Below are positions 37,708 through 50,646 of a stretch of 64,000 bases of DNA, one piece after another. Both the position numbers and the translations under genes were made by a program. The notes below the pieces were generated by a model, which was not told the DNA's origin, did no database searches, and was given only the letters and a program-made list of their open reading frames with translations. Position 1 is the stretch's first letter. The number at the start of each line of letters is the position of its first letter. Location: the NCBI RefSeq assembly GCF_057098645.1, contig NZ_CM169472.1; one strand, written 5' to 3'.

Positions 37708-38991
37708 ATGGAATCCCTGACGTTACAACCCATCGCTCGTGTCGATGGCACTATTAATCTGCCCGGTTCCAAGAGCGTTTCTAACCGCGCTTTATTGCTG
37801 GCGGCATTAGCACACGGCAAAACAGTATTAACCAATCTGCTGGATAGCGATGACGTGCGCCATATGCTGAATGCATTAACAGCGTTAGGGGTAAGCTATA
37901 CGCTTTCAGCCGATCGTACACGTTGCGAAATTATCGGTAACGGCGGTCCATTACACGCAGAAGGTGCCCTGGAGTTGTTCCTCGGTAACGCCGGAACGGC
38001 AATGCGTCCGCTGGCGGCAGCTCTTTGTCTGGGTAGCAATGATATTGTGCTGACCGGTGAGCCGCGTATGAAAGAGCGCCCAATTGGTCATCTGGTGGAT
38101 GCGCTGCGCCTGGGCGGGGCGAAGATCATTTACCTGGAACAAGAAAATTATCCGCCGTTGCGTTTACAGGGCGGCTTTACTGGCGGCAACGTTGACGTTG
38201 ATGGCTCCGTTTCCAGCCAATTCCTCACCGCACTGTTAATGACTGCGCCTCTTGCGCCGGAAGATACGGTGATTCGTATTAAAGGCGATCTGGTTTCTAA
38301 ACCTTATATCGACATCACACTCAATCTGATGAAGACGTTTGGTGTTGAAATTGAAAATCAGCACTATCAACAATTTGTCGTAAAAGGCGGGCAGTCTTAT
38401 CAGTCTCCGGGTACTTATTTGGTCGAAGGCGATGCATCTTCGGCTTCTTACTTTCTGGCAGCAGCAGCAATCAAAGGCGGCACTGTAAAAGTGACCGGTA
38501 TTGGACGTAACAGTATGCAGGGTGATATTCGCTTTGCTGATGTGCTGGAAAAAATGGGCGCGACCATTTGCTGGGGCGATGATTATATTTCCTGCACGCG
38601 TGGTGAACTGAACGCTATTGATATGGATATGAACCATATTCCTGATGCGGCGATGACCATTGCCACGGCGGCGTTATTTGCAAAAGGCACCACCACGCTG
38701 CGCAATATCTATAACTGGCGTGTTAAAGAAACCGATCGCCTGTTTGCGATGGCAACAGAACTGCGTAAAGTCGGTGCGGAAGTAGAAGAGGGGCACGATT
38801 ACATTCGTATCACTCCACCGGAAAAACTGAACTTTGCCGAGATCGCGACATACAATGATCACCGGATGGCGATGTGTTTCTCGCTGGTGGCGTTGTCAGA
38901 TACACCAGTGACGATTCTTGATCCCAAATGTACGGCCAAAACATTTCCGGATTATTTCGAGCAGCTGGCGCGGATTAGCCAGGCAGCCTGA
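37708..38991 (+). CDS. aroA: EPSP synthase (3-phosphoshikimate 1-carboxyvinyltransferase)
   Basis: 427 aa starting [35 protein letters not shown]. Confidence 0.98.
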   Translation: MESLTLQPIARVDGTINLPGSKSVSNRALLLAALAHGKTVLTNLLDSDDVRHMLNALTALGVSYTLSADRTRCEIIGNGGPLHAEGALELFLGNAGTAMRPLAAALCLGSNDIVLTGEPRMKERPIGHLVDALRLGGAKIIYLEQENYPPLRLQGGFTGGNVDVDGSVSSQFLTALLMTAPLAPEDTVIRIKGDLVSKPYIDITLNLMKTFGVEIENQHYQQFVVKGGQSYQSPGTYLVEGDASSASYFLAAAAIKGGTVKVTGIGRNSMQGDIRFADVLEKMGATICWGDDYISCTRGELNAIDMDMNHIPDAAMTIATAALFAKGTTTLRNIYNWRVKETDRLFAMATELRKVGAEVEEGHDYIRITPPEKLNFAEIATYNDHRMAMCFSLVALSDTPVTILDPKCTAKTFPDYFEQLARISQAA

Positions 38992-39033
38992 ATGAATAAC
39001 GTCCAATAAATAGCCAAAACTTTCTTTATCAAA

Positions 39034-39062
39034 ACGTCGGCACATTGCCGGCGTTTTTTTTC
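39034..39062 (+). terminator. aroA rho-independent terminator
   Basis: ACGTCGGCA-CATT-GCCGGCGT hairpin followed by a T8 run. Confidence 0.7.
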
Positions 39063-39159
39063 GGACCTTGTGAGTCATTTTGATTAATGGTAGCGTCAGT
39101 TGTCAATGTAAGTTGTTGATACATAATATTTATATATGATTAATCAACGGATGATTCAC

Positions 39160-39924
39160 ATGAAGAATACTAAATTACTGCTGGCGATTGTGACCTCTGC
39201 AGCATTACTGACGGGGTGTCAAAATACCCACGGTATTGATACCAATATGGCTATCAGCTCCGGTTTAAATGCCTATAAAGCAGCAACATTAAGCGATGCC
39301 GATGCAAAAGCGATTGCCAATCAGGGCTGTGCCGAAATGGACAGCGGCAATCAAGTCGCAAGTAAATCCAGCAAGTACGGTAAACGTCTGGCAAAAATCG
39401 CCAAAGCATTGGGTAACAATATTAATGGCACGCCGGTCAACTATAAGGTTTATATGACCAGCGACGTCAACGCATGGGCGATGGCGAACGGCTGTGTTCG
39501 TGTTTACAGTGGCCTGATGGACATGATGAACGATAACGAAATTGAAGGCGTTCTGGGCCATGAACTGGGCCACGTCGCGTTGGGTCACTCGCTGGCTGAA
39601 ATGAAAGCTTCTTATGCGATCGTTGCCGCACGCGATGCCATTTCAGCTACCAGCGGTGTGGCTTCCCAGCTTTCCCGCTCACAATTGGGTGATATCGCAG
39701 AAGGCGCTATCAATGCGAAATACTCCCGCGATAAAGAGTCCGAAGCAGATGATTTCTCCTTTGATCTGTTGAAGAAACGTGGCATCAGCACCCAGGGGCT
39801 GGTTGGCAGCTTTGAAAAACTGGCTAGCCTGGATGGCGGTCGCACCCAGTCCATGTTTGACTCTCACCCACCATCAACAGAGCGTGCGCAACACATCCGT
39901 GATCGTATCGCCTCTGGTAAGTAA
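39160..39924 (+). CDS. ycaL: M48-family metalloprotease lipoprotein YcaL
   Basis: The start at MKNTKLLLAIVTSAALLTGC carries a lipobox and gives 254 aa. A HELGH zinc motif is present. Confidence 0.92.
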   Translation: MKNTKLLLAIVTSAALLTGCQNTHGIDTNMAISSGLNAYKAATLSDADAKAIANQGCAEMDSGNQVASKSSKYGKRLAKIAKALGNNINGTPVNYKVYMTSDVNAWAMANGCVRVYSGLMDMMNDNEIEGVLGHELGHVALGHSLAEMKASYAIVAARDAISATSGVASQLSRSQLGDIAEGAINAKYSRDKESEADDFSFDLLKKRGISTQGLVGSFEKLASLDGGRTQSMFDSHPPSTERAQHIRDRIASGK

Positions 39925-40096
39925 ATCATTGTCATCTTTCGGGCTGGTCTTCTGCCAGCCCGCTATAATTGCGCAATAAATCCCCATCTGAATACAGACA
40001 AAACTGGTTTTTGCACACAACGTTAACGATTTGTGGCGTCGGCGCGTATAATGCGCGCGGTTATGTTAACGGTACGCCTGTTTTAAGGAGATAAAG

Positions 40097-40780
40097 ATGA
40101 CGGCAATTGCCCCGGTTATTACCATTGATGGCCCAAGCGGTGCAGGGAAAGGCACCTTGTGTAAGGCTATGGCGGAAGCGTTGCAATGGCATCTGCTGGA
40201 TTCGGGTGCAATTTATCGCGTACTGGCATTGGCGGCATTACATCACCATGTTGATGTTGCGTCGGAAGACGCGCTGGTGCCGCTGGCATCCCATCTGGAT
40301 GTACGTTTTGTGTCAACCAATGGCAATCTGGAAGTGATCCTCGAAGGGGAAGATGTCAGCGGCGAAATTCGTACTCAGGAAGTGGCGAATGCAGCTTCAC
40401 AAGTCGCGGCATTCCCACGCGTTCGTGAAGCATTATTGCGTCGCCAACGCGCGTTTCGCGAATTACCAGGCCTGATTGCCGATGGCCGCGACATGGGAAC
40501 GGTGGTATTCCCTGATGCGCCAGTGAAAATTTTCCTTGACGCCTCCTCGGAAGAACGTGCGCATCGCCGCATGCTACAGTTGCAGGAGAAGGGCTTTAGT
40601 GTTAACTTTGAGCGCCTTTTGGCCGAGATCAAAGAACGCGACGACCGCGATCGTAACCGAGCGGTAGCGCCACTGGTTCCGGCAGCCGATGCTTTAGTGT
40701 TGGATTCCACCACCTTAAGCATTGAGCAAGTGATTGAAAAAGCGCTACAATACGCGCGCCAGAAATTGGCTCTCGCATAA
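40097..40780 (+). CDS. cmk: Cytidylate kinase
   Basis: 227 aa with the P-loop GPSGAGKGT. Confidence 0.97.
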
Positions 40781-40890
40781 GCGACCGAATTTGCAGTACC
40801 CCCGTTGCAATGGAATGACAGCGGGTATGTTAAACAACCCCATCCGGCATGGAGCCAGGTGGACGTTAAATATAAACCTGAAGATTAAAC

Positions 40891-42564
40891 ATGACTGAAT
40901 CTTTTGCTCAACTCTTTGAAGAGTCCTTAAAAGAAATCGAAACCCGCCCGGGTTCTATCGTTCGTGGCGTTGTTGTTGCTATCGACAAAGACGTAGTACT
41001 GGTTGACGCTGGTCTGAAATCTGAGTCCGCCATCCCGGCTGAGCAGTTCAAAAACGCCCAGGGCGAGCTGGAAATCCAGGTAGGTGACGAAGTTGACGTT
41101 GCTCTGGACGCAGTAGAAGACGGCTTCGGTGAAACTCTGCTGTCCCGTGAGAAAGCTAAACGTCACGAAGCCTGGATCACGCTGGAAAAAGCTTACGAAG
41201 ATGCTGAAACTGTTACCGGTGTTATCAACGGCAAAGTTAAGGGCGGCTTCACTGTTGAGCTGAACGGTATTCGTGCGTTCCTGCCAGGTTCTCTGGTAGA
41301 CGTTCGTCCGGTGCGTGACACTCTGCACCTGGAAGGCAAAGAGCTTGAATTCAAAGTAATCAAGCTGGATCAGAAGCGCAACAACGTTGTTGTTTCTCGT
41401 CGTGCCGTTATCGAATCCGAAAACAGCGCAGAGCGCGATCAGCTGCTGGAAAACCTGCAGGAAGGCATGGAAGTTAAAGGTATCGTTAAGAACCTCACTG
41501 ACTACGGTGCATTCGTTGATCTGGGCGGCGTTGACGGCCTGCTGCACATCACTGACATGGCCTGGAAACGCGTTAAGCATCCGAGCGAAATCGTCAACGT
41601 GGGCGACGAAATCACTGTTAAAGTGCTGAAGTTCGACCGCGAACGTACCCGTGTATCCCTGGGCCTGAAACAGCTGGGCGAAGATCCGTGGGTAGCTATC
41701 GCTAAACGTTATCCGGAAGGTACCAAACTGACTGGTCGCGTGACCAACCTGACCGACTACGGCTGCTTCGTTGAAATCGAAGAAGGCGTTGAAGGCCTGG
41801 TACACGTTTCCGAAATGGATTGGACCAACAAAAACATCCACCCGTCCAAAGTTGTTAACGTTGGCGATGTAGTGGAAGTTATGGTTCTGGATATCGACGA
41901 AGAACGTCGTCGTATCTCCCTGGGTCTGAAACAGTGCAAAGCTAACCCGTGGCAGCAGTTCGCGGAAACCCACAACAAGGGCGACCGTGTTGAAGGTAAA
42001 ATCAAGTCTATCACTGACTTCGGTATCTTCATCGGCCTGGACGGCGGCATCGACGGCCTGGTTCACCTGTCTGACATCTCCTGGAACGTTGCAGGCGAAG
42101 AAGCAGTTCGTGAATACAAAAAAGGCGACGAAATCGCTGCAGTTGTTCTGCAGGTTGACGCAGAACGTGAACGTATCTCCCTGGGCGTTAAACAGCTCGC
42201 AGAAGATCCGTTCAACAACTGGGTTGCTCTGAACAAGAAAGGCGCTATCGTAACCGGTAAAGTGACTGCAGTTGACGCTAAAGGCGCAACCGTAGAACTG
42301 GCTGATGGCGTTGAAGGTTACCTGCGTGCTTCTGAAGCATCCCGTGACCGCGTTGAAGACGCTACCCTGGTTCTGAGCGTTGGCGACGAAGTTGAAGCTA
42401 AATTCACCGGCGTTGATCGTAAAAACCGCGCAATCAGCCTGTCTGTACGTGCGAAAGACGAAGCTGACGAGAAAGATGCAATCGCAACTGTTAACAAACA
42501 GGAAGATGCAAACTTCTCCAACAACGCAATGGCTGAAGCTTTCAAAGCAGCTAAAGGCGAGTAA
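40891..42564 (+). CDS. rpsA: 30S ribosomal protein S1
   Basis: 557 aa starting [26 protein letters not shown], with six S1 repeats. Confidence 0.98.
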
Positions 42565-42723
42565 TTCTCTGACTCTTCGGGATTTTTATTCCGAAGTTTG
42601 TTGAGTTTACTTGACAGATTGCAGGTTTCGTCCTGTAATCAAGCACTAAGGGCGGCTACGGCCGCCCTTAATCAATGCAGCAACAGCAGCCGCTTAATTT
42701 GCCTTTAAGGAACCGGAGGAATC

Positions 42724-43008
42724 ATGACCAAGTCAGAATTGATAGAAAGACTTGCCACCCAGCAATCGCACATTCCCGCCAAGACGGTTGAAGATGCAGT
42801 AAAAGAGATGCTGGAGCATATGGCCTCGACTCTTGCGCAGGGCGAGCGTATTGAAATCCGCGGTTTCGGCAGTTTCTCTTTGCACTACCGCGCACCACGT
42901 ACCGGACGTAATCCGAAGACTGGCGATAAAGTAGAACTGGAAGGAAAATACGTTCCTCACTTTAAACCTGGTAAAGAACTGCGCGATCGCGCCAATATTT
43001 ACGGTTAA
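42724..43008 (+). CDS. ihfB: Integration host factor beta subunit
   Basis: 94 aa starting [31 protein letters not shown]. Confidence 0.98.
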
Positions 43009-43033
43009 GTTTTTACTCAAACTTGAACGCGAG

Positions 43034-43058
43034 AAAAGCACCTGTCGGGTGCTTTTTT
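43034..43058 (+). terminator. ihfB rho-independent terminator
   Basis: AAAGCACC-TGTCG-GGTGCTTTTTT. Confidence 0.75.
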
Positions 43059-43214
43059 CATTTCTCTAATCAGGAGCTGGAAGCTGCCTCGCAGAGTTTT
43101 GAGCAGTTTTCACCCTTTCGTTAAATTCTTCTGAATGTGCCTCGGGGAACGCAAAATTCCCACCAGACAACCGCTCAACAAAGTTGCACACTTTCCATAA
43201 ACAGGGAGGGGTGC

Positions 43215-45479
43215 ATGAAAATAACGACAGTCGGCGTATGCATAATTTGCGGAATTTTTCCGTTGCTGATTTTGCCCCAATTGCCTGGGACATTAACCCT
43301 TGCGTTTCTGACTCTCTTCGCCTGCGTACTGGCATTTATCCCTGTTAAAACCGTCCGTTATATCGCGCTGACGTTGCTGTTTTTCGTTTGGGGCATATTA
43401 TCAGCAAAGCAAATTTTGTGGGCAGGAGAAACCTTAACTGGCGCGACGCAGGATGCAATTGTTGAGATCACTGCTACTGACGGCATGACCACTCATTATG
43501 GTCAAATTACTTATCTACAAGGTCGACGTATATTCCCTGCGCCAGGCCTTGTGCTGTATGGCGAATATCTTCCGCAAGCGGTTTGTGCCGGACAACTGTG
43601 GTCAATGAAACTCAAAGTTCGTGCCGTTCATGGTCAACTTAATGATGGCGGCTTTGATAGCCAGCGTTATGCCATTGCCCTGCATCAGCCGCTCACCGGC
43701 CGCTTTCTGCAGGCAAGTGTTATTGAACCGAATTGTAGCCTGCGTGCACAGTATCTGGCGTCACTACAAACAACGCTGCAACCCTATCCGTGGAATGCGG
43801 TTATTCTTGGTTTAGGTATGGGGGAACGGTTATCCGTCCCTAAAGAAATCAAAAATATCATGCGTGATACTGGAACGGCGCATTTAATGGCGATATCGGG
43901 ATTGCACATCGCTTTTGCGGCGTTGCTGGCTGCCGGACTCATTCGCAGTGGACAAATTTTTCTGCCTGGGCGCTGGATCCACTGGCAAATGCCATTAATT
44001 GGCGGAATCTGCTGTGCTGCTTTTTATGCCTGGCTGACGGGAATGCAACCTCCTGCATTGCGTACCGTTGTGGCGCTTGCTACGTGGGGAATGCTTAAGT
44101 TAAGTGGGCGACAGTGGAGTGGCTGGGATGTATGGATATGTTGTCTGGCGGCAATTTTGCTGATGGATCCTGTTGCCATTCTCTCGCAAAGTTTATGGCT
44201 CTCTGCCGCTGCGGTCGCGGCATTGATATTTTGGTATCAGTGGTTTCCCTGTCCTGAGTGGCAACTGCCGCCGGTATTGCGTGCAGTTGTTTCCCTCATC
44301 CATCTGCAACTGGGAATCACACTTCTGCTTATGCCCGTGCAAATCGTCATATTTCATGGCATTAGCCTGACCTCGTTTATTGCAAATCTATTAGCTATTC
44401 CCTTGGTGACATTTATCACGGTTCCGTTGATCCTCGCCGCGATGGTTGTGCATTTAAGCGGGCCGTTAATCCTGGAGCAAGGGTTATGGTTTCTTGCCGA
44501 CCGGTCTTTGGCTTTACTTTTCTGGGGGTTAAAGAGTTTGCCAGAAGGGTGGATCAACATTGCTGAACGTTGGCAATGGCTATCATTTTCCCCATGGTTC
44601 TTACTGGTGGTATGGCGATTAAACGCCTGGCGAACGTTGCCAGCAATGTGTGTGGCTGTAGGCTTGCTGATGTGCTGGCCGCTGTGGCAAAAACCTCGAC
44701 CTGACGAGTGGCAAGTGTACATGCTTGATGTCGGGCAAGGGCTGGCAATGGTGATAGCCAGAAACGGCAAAGCGATTCTCTATGACACGGGACTGGCCTG
44801 GCCTGAAGGGGATAGTGGGCAACAACTGATTATCCCCTGGCTCCACTGGCATAATCTTGAACCGGAAGGCGTTATTCTGAGTCATGAACATCTGGATCAC
44901 CGGGGAGGGCTGGACTCAATATTGCACACATGGCCGATGTTATGGATCAGAAGTCCGTTAAACTGGGAACATCATCAGCCCTGTGTGCGTGGCGAAGCAT
45001 GGCAATGGCAAGGATTGCGTTTCAGCGTGCACTGGCCTTTACAAGCTAGCAACGATAAAGGAAATAACCATTCCTGTGTGGTTAAGGTTGATGACGGGAC
45101 GAATAGCATTCTTCTAACCGGTGATATTGAAGTCCCCGCTGAACAAAAGATGCTAAGCCGTTACTGGCAGCAAGTGCAGGCAACATTGCTTCAGGTACCT
45201 CACCATGGCAGTAATACCTCATCATCGTTGCCATTAATTCAGCGAGTGAATGGAAAAGTGGCACTCGCATCGGCATCGCGCTATAACGCATGGCGACTGC
45301 CCTCTAACAAAGTTAAGCATCGCTATCAACAACAGGGTTATACGTGGCTTGATACTCCTCATCAGGGGCAAGTAACGGTCGATTTTTCAGCGCAAGGCTG
45401 GCGGATTAGCAGCCTCAGGGAGCAAATTTTACCTCGTTGGTATCATCAGTGGTTTGGCGTGCCAGTGGATAACGGGTAG
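43215..45479 (+). CDS. ycaI: ComEC/Rec2-like inner-membrane protein YcaI
   Basis: The start at MKITTVGVCIICGIFPLLILPQ gives 754 aa as in K-12. It is polytopic, with a C-terminal metallo-beta-lactamase motif HEHLDHRGG. Confidence 0.9.
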   Translation: MKITTVGVCIICGIFPLLILPQLPGTLTLAFLTLFACVLAFIPVKTVRYIALTLLFFVWGILSAKQILWAGETLTGATQDAIVEITATDGMTTHYGQITYLQGRRIFPAPGLVLYGEYLPQAVCAGQLWSMKLKVRAVHGQLNDGGFDSQRYAIALHQPLTGRFLQASVIEPNCSLRAQYLASLQTTLQPYPWNAVILGLGMGERLSVPKEIKNIMRDTGTAHLMAISGLHIAFAALLAAGLIRSGQIFLPGRWIHWQMPLIGGICCAAFYAWLTGMQPPALRTVVALATWGMLKLSGRQWSGWDVWICCLAAILLMDPVAILSQSLWLSAAAVAALIFWYQWFPCPEWQLPPVLRAVVSLIHLQLGITLLLMPVQIVIFHGISLTSFIANLLAIPLVTFITVPLILAAMVVHLSGPLILEQGLWFLADRSLALLFWGLKSLPEGWINIAERWQWLSFSPWFLLVVWRLNAWRTLPAMCVAVGLLMCWPLWQKPRPDEWQVYMLDVGQGLAMVIARNGKAILYDTGLAWPEGDSGQQLIIPWLHWHNLEPEGVILSHEHLDHRGGLDSILHTWPMLWIRSPLNWEHHQPCVRGEAWQWQGLRFSVHWPLQASNDKGNNHSCVVKVDDGTNSILLTGDIEVPAEQKMLSRYWQQVQATLLQVPHHGSNTSSSLPLIQRVNGKVALASASRYNAWRLPSNKVKHRYQQQGYTWLDTPHQGQVTVDFSAQGWRISSLREQILPRWYHQWFGVPVDNG

Positions 45480-45515
45480 AATATGCGGCTATTTCAACAA
45501 ATGCTGGTTTTTTGA

Positions 45516-47264
45516 ATGCATAACGACAAAGATCTCTCTACGTGGCAGACATTCCGCCGACTGTGGCCAACCATTGCGCCTTTTAAAGCGGGTCTGATCG
45601 TGGCGGGCGTAGCGTTAATCCTCAACGCAGCCAGCGATACCTTCATGTTATCGCTCCTTAAGCCACTTCTTGATGATGGCTTTGGTAAAACAGATCGCTC
45701 CGTGCTGGTGTGGATGCCGCTGGTGGTGATCGGGCTGATGATTTTGCGTGGTATCACCAGCTATGTCTCCAGCTACTGTATCTCCTGGGTATCAGGAAAG
45801 GTGGTAATGACCATGCGTCGCCGCCTGTTTGGTCACATGATGGGAATGCCGGTTTCATTCTTTGACAAACAGTCAACGGGTACGCTGTTGTCACGTATCA
45901 CCTACGATTCCGAACAGGTTGCTTCTTCCTCTTCCGGCGCACTGATTACTGTTGTGCGTGAAGGTGCGTCGATCATCGGCCTGTTCATCATGATGTTCTA
46001 TTACAGTTGGCAATTGTCGATCATTTTGATTGTGCTGGCACCGATTGTTTCGATTGCGATTCGCGTAGTATCGAAGCGTTTTCGCAACATCAGTAAAAAC
46101 ATGCAGAACACCATGGGGCAGGTGACCACCAGCGCTGAACAAATGCTGAAAGGCCATAAAGAAGTATTGATTTTCGGTGGTCAGGAAGTGGAAACGAAAC
46201 GCTTCGATAAAGTCAGCAACCGAATGCGTCTTCAGGGGATGAAAATGGTTTCAGCCTCTTCCATCTCTGATCCGATCATTCAGCTGATCGCCTCTTTGGC
46301 GCTGGCGTTTGTTCTGTATGCGGCGAGCTTCCCAAGTGTCATGGATAGCCTGACTGCCGGTACGATTACCGTTGTTTTCTCTTCAATGATTGCACTGATG
46401 CGTCCGCTGAAATCGCTGACCAACGTTAACGCCCAGTTCCAGCGCGGTATGGCGGCTTGTCAGACGCTGTTTACCATTCTGGACAGTGAGCAGGAGAAAG
46501 ACGAAGGTAAGCGCGTGCTCGAGCGTGCGACTGGCGACGTGGAATTCCGCAACGTCACCTTTACTTATCCGGGACGTGACGTACCCGCATTGCGTAACAT
46601 CAACCTGAAAATTCCGGCAGGGAAGACGGTTGCTCTGGTTGGACGCTCTGGTTCAGGTAAATCAACCATCGCCAGCCTGATCACGCGTTTTTACGATATT
46701 GATGAAGGCGAAATCCTGATGGATGGTCACGATCTGCGCGAGTATACTCTGGCGTCGTTACGTAACCAGGTTGCTCTGGTGTCGCAGAATGTCCATCTGT
46801 TTAACGATACGGTTGCTAACAACATTGCTTACGCACGGACTGAACAGTACAGCCGTGAGCAAATTGAAGAAGCGGCGCGTATGGCCTACGCCATGGACTT
46901 CATCAATAAGATGGATAACGGTCTCGATACAGTGATTGGTGAAAACGGCGTGCTGCTCTCTGGCGGTCAGCGTCAGCGTATTGCTATCGCTCGAGCCTTG
47001 TTGCGTGATAGCCCGATTCTGATTCTGGATGAAGCTACCTCGGCTCTGGATACCGAATCCGAACGTGCGATTCAGGCGGCACTGGATGAGTTGCAGAAAA
47101 ACCGTACCTCTCTGGTGATTGCCCACCGCTTGTCTACCATTGAAAAGGCAGACGAAATCGTGGTCGTCGAGGATGGTGTCATTGTGGAACGCGGTACGCA
47201 TAACGATTTGCTTGAGCACCGCGGCGTTTACGCGCAACTTCACAAAATGCAGTTTGGCCAATGA
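45516..47264 (+). CDS. msbA: Lipid A/LPS flippase ABC transporter MsbA
   Basis: 582 aa with Walker [10 protein letters not shown], signature LSGGQRQR and Walker [10 protein letters not shown]. Confidence 0.98.
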   Translation: MHNDKDLSTWQTFRRLWPTIAPFKAGLIVAGVALILNAASDTFMLSLLKPLLDDGFGKTDRSVLVWMPLVVIGLMILRGITSYVSSYCISWVSGKVVMTMRRRLFGHMMGMPVSFFDKQSTGTLLSRITYDSEQVASSSSGALITVVREGASIIGLFIMMFYYSWQLSIILIVLAPIVSIAIRVVSKRFRNISKNMQNTMGQVTTSAEQMLKGHKEVLIFGGQEVETKRFDKVSNRMRLQGMKMVSASSISDPIIQLIASLALAFVLYAASFPSVMDSLTAGTITVVFSSMIALMRPLKSLTNVNAQFQRGMAACQTLFTILDSEQEKDEGKRVLERATGDVEFRNVTFTYPGRDVPALRNINLKIPAGKTVALVGRSGSGKSTIASLITRFYDIDEGEILMDGHDLREYTLASLRNQVALVSQNVHLFNDTVANNIAYARTEQYSREQIEEAARMAYAMDFINKMDNGLDTVIGENGVLLSGGQRQRIAIARALLRDSPILILDEATSALDTESERAIQAALDELQKNRTSLVIAHRLSTIEKADEIVVVEDGVIVERGTHNDLLEHRGVYAQLHKMQFGQ

Positions 47265-48247
47265 TCGAAAAAATCTGGTCTGGTGAATCCCCTTTGTGGC
47301 GGCTATTGCTGCCACTCTCCTGGTTGTATGGCCTGGTGAGTGGCGCGATCCGTCTTTGCTATAAACTAAAACTGAAGCGCGCCTGGCGTGCCCCCGTACC
47401 GGTTGTCGTGGTTGGTAATCTCACCGCAGGCGGCAACGGAAAAACCCCGGTCGTTGTCTGGCTGGTGGAACAGTTGCAACAGCGCGGTATTCGCGTGGGG
47501 GTCGTGTCCCGGGGATATGGTGGTAAGGCTGAATCTTATCCGCTGTTATTGTCGGCAGATACCACCACAGCACAGGCGGGTGATGAACCTGTGTTGATTT
47601 ATCAACGCACTGGCGCGCCCGTTGCGGTTTCTCCCGTGCGTTCTGATGCGGTAAAAGCCATTCTGGCGCAACACCCTGATGTGCAGATCATCGTAACCGA
47701 CGACGGTTTACAGCATTACCGTCTGGCGCGTGATGTGGAAATTGTCGTTGTTGATGGTGTGCGTCGCTTTGGCAATGGCTGGTGGTTGCCGGCGGGGCCA
47801 ATGCGTGAGCGAGTGGGGCGCTTAAAGTCAGTTGATGCGGTAATCGTCAACGGCGGTGTCCCCCGCAGCGGTGAAATCCCCATGCATCTGCTGCCGGGTC
47901 AGGCGGTGAATTTACGTACTGGTACGCGTTGTGACGTTGCTCAGCTTGAACATGTGGTGGCGATGGCAGGGATTGGGCATCCGCCGCGCTTTTTTGCCAC
48001 GCTGAAGATGTGCGGCGTACAACCGGAAAAATGTGTACCGCTGGCCGATCATCAGTCTTTGAACCATGCGGATGTCAGCGCGTTGGTAAGCACCGGGCAA
48101 ACGCTGGTAATGACTGAAAAAGATGCGGTGAAATGCCGGGCCTTTGCAGAAGAAAATTGGTGGTATTTGCCCGTTGACGCACAGCTTTCAGGTGATGAAC
48201 CAGCGAAACTGCTTGCGCAACTAACCTCGCTGGCTTCTGGCAACTAG
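47261..48247 (+). CDS. lpxK: Tetraacyldisaccharide 4'-kinase
   Basis: 328 aa, overlapping the msbA stop, with the P-loop [12 protein letters not shown]. Confidence 0.97.
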   Translation: MIEKIWSGESPLWRLLLPLSWLYGLVSGAIRLCYKLKLKRAWRAPVPVVVVGNLTAGGNGKTPVVVWLVEQLQQRGIRVGVVSRGYGGKAESYPLLLSADTTTAQAGDEPVLIYQRTGAPVAVSPVRSDAVKAILAQHPDVQIIVTDDGLQHYRLARDVEIVVVDGVRRFGNGWWLPAGPMRERVGRLKSVDAVIVNGGVPRSGEIPMHLLPGQAVNLRTGTRCDVAQLEHVVAMAGIGHPPRFFATLKMCGVQPEKCVPLADHQSLNHADVSALVSTGQTLVMTEKDAVKCRAFAEENWWYLPVDAQLSGDEPAKLLAQLTSLASGN

Positions 48248-48283
48248 TTACGCCGCGGCAGCGTTCGATTGATGGAGTCATGA

Positions 48284-49516
48284 ATGTCGCTGCCGCACCT
48301 CTCCCTTGCTGATGCGCGTAATCTTCACCTTGCCGCGCAAGGCCTGTTAAACAAACCCCGCCGTCGAGCGTCGTTGGAGGATATTCCGGCAACGATCTCC
48401 CGCATGTCCTTGCTGCAAATCGATACCATCAATATTGTTGCCCGTAGCCCATATCTGGTGCTTTTCAGTCGTCTGGGAAATTATCCTGCCCAGTGGCTAG
48501 ATGAGTCTCTGGCGCGTGGCGAATTAATGGAATACTGGGCGCATGAAGCCTGCTTTATGCCACGCAGCGACTTTCGTCTTATTCGCCACCGCATGCAGGC
48601 ACCTGAAAAAATGGGCTGGAAATACAAAGACGCCTGGATGCAGGAACATGAGGCGGAAATTGCACAGTTAATTCAGCATATTCATGATAAGGGGCCGGTA
48701 CGTTCAGCCGATTTTGAGCATCCTCGTAAAGGTGCAAGCGGCTGGTGGGAATGGAAGCCGCATAAACGGCATCTGGAAGGTTTATTTACTGCCGGAAAGG
48801 TGATGGTGATTGAACGGCGCAACTTCCAGCGCGTTTATGATTTAACCCACCGTGTCATGCCTGACTGGGATGATGAGCGCGATCTCGTTTCGCAAACAGA
48901 AGCAGAAATCATCATGCTGGATAACAGTGCGCGTAGCCTGGGAATATTCCGCGAACAGTGGCTGGCAGATTACTATCGGCTGAAACGTCCGGCACTGGCG
49001 GCGTGGCGTGAAGCGAGGGCTGAACAGCAGCAAATCATTGCTGTGCATGTTGAAAAATTGGGCAATCTTTGGCTGCATGCTGATTTGCTGCCGCTACTCG
49101 AGCGAGCGCTGGCCGGAAAGCTCACTGCAACGCACAGCGCGGTACTTTCGCCTTTTGATCCTGTTGTCTGGGATCGCAAACGCGCAGAGCAGCTTTTTGA
49201 TTTTAGCTACCGGCTGGAGTGCTATACCCCAGCGCCGAAACGTCAGTATGGCTATTTTGTTCTGCCATTATTACATCGTGGGCAATTAGTTGGGCGAATG
49301 GATGCCAAAATGCATCGCAAGACAGGCATCCTTGAAGTTATCTCTCTGTGGTTACAGGAAGGCATTAAACCAACGACAATGCTGCAAAAAGGGTTACGTC
49401 AGGCGATTACTGATTTCGCGAGCTGGCAGCAGGCAACGCGGGTGACATTAGGACGCTGCCCGCAAGGTCTCTTTACTGATTGCCGCACTGGCTGGGAAAT
49501 AGACTCCGTCGCATAA
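48284..49516 (+). CDS. ycaQ: YcaQ (winged-helix DNA glycosylase family, AlkZ-like)
   Basis: 410-aa ORF, in K-12 synteny. Confidence 0.9.
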   Translation: MSLPHLSLADARNLHLAAQGLLNKPRRRASLEDIPATISRMSLLQIDTINIVARSPYLVLFSRLGNYPAQWLDESLARGELMEYWAHEACFMPRSDFRLIRHRMQAPEKMGWKYKDAWMQEHEAEIAQLIQHIHDKGPVRSADFEHPRKGASGWWEWKPHKRHLEGLFTAGKVMVIERRNFQRVYDLTHRVMPDWDDERDLVSQTEAEIIMLDNSARSLGIFREQWLADYYRLKRPALAAWREARAEQQQIIAVHVEKLGNLWLHADLLPLLERALAGKLTATHSAVLSPFDPVVWDRKRAEQLFDFSYRLECYTPAPKRQYGYFVLPLLHRGQLVGRMDAKMHRKTGILEVISLWLQEGIKPTTMLQKGLRQAITDFASWQQATRVTLGRCPQGLFTDCRTGWEIDSVA

Positions 49517-49567
49517 ATGATTATGATAAGATTTATGCATTCATAACCCGATCCATCTGGAGGAACT

Positions 49568-50493
<926 letters not shown>

Positions 50494-50646
50494 TTTCACT
50501 TCACGACACTTCAGCCAATTTTGGGAGGAGTGTCGTACCGTTACGATTTTCCTCAATTTTTCTTTTCAACAATTGATCTCATTCAGGTGACATCTTTTAT
50601 ATTGGCGCTCATTATGAAAGCAGTAGCTTTTATGAGGGTAATCTGA

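Noticed and set aside
40927-42066. 379-aa ORF antisense to rpsA
   Set aside because: A shadow ORF of a highly expressed, codon-biased gene. It has no start context and no motif. rpsA on the plus strand is certain.
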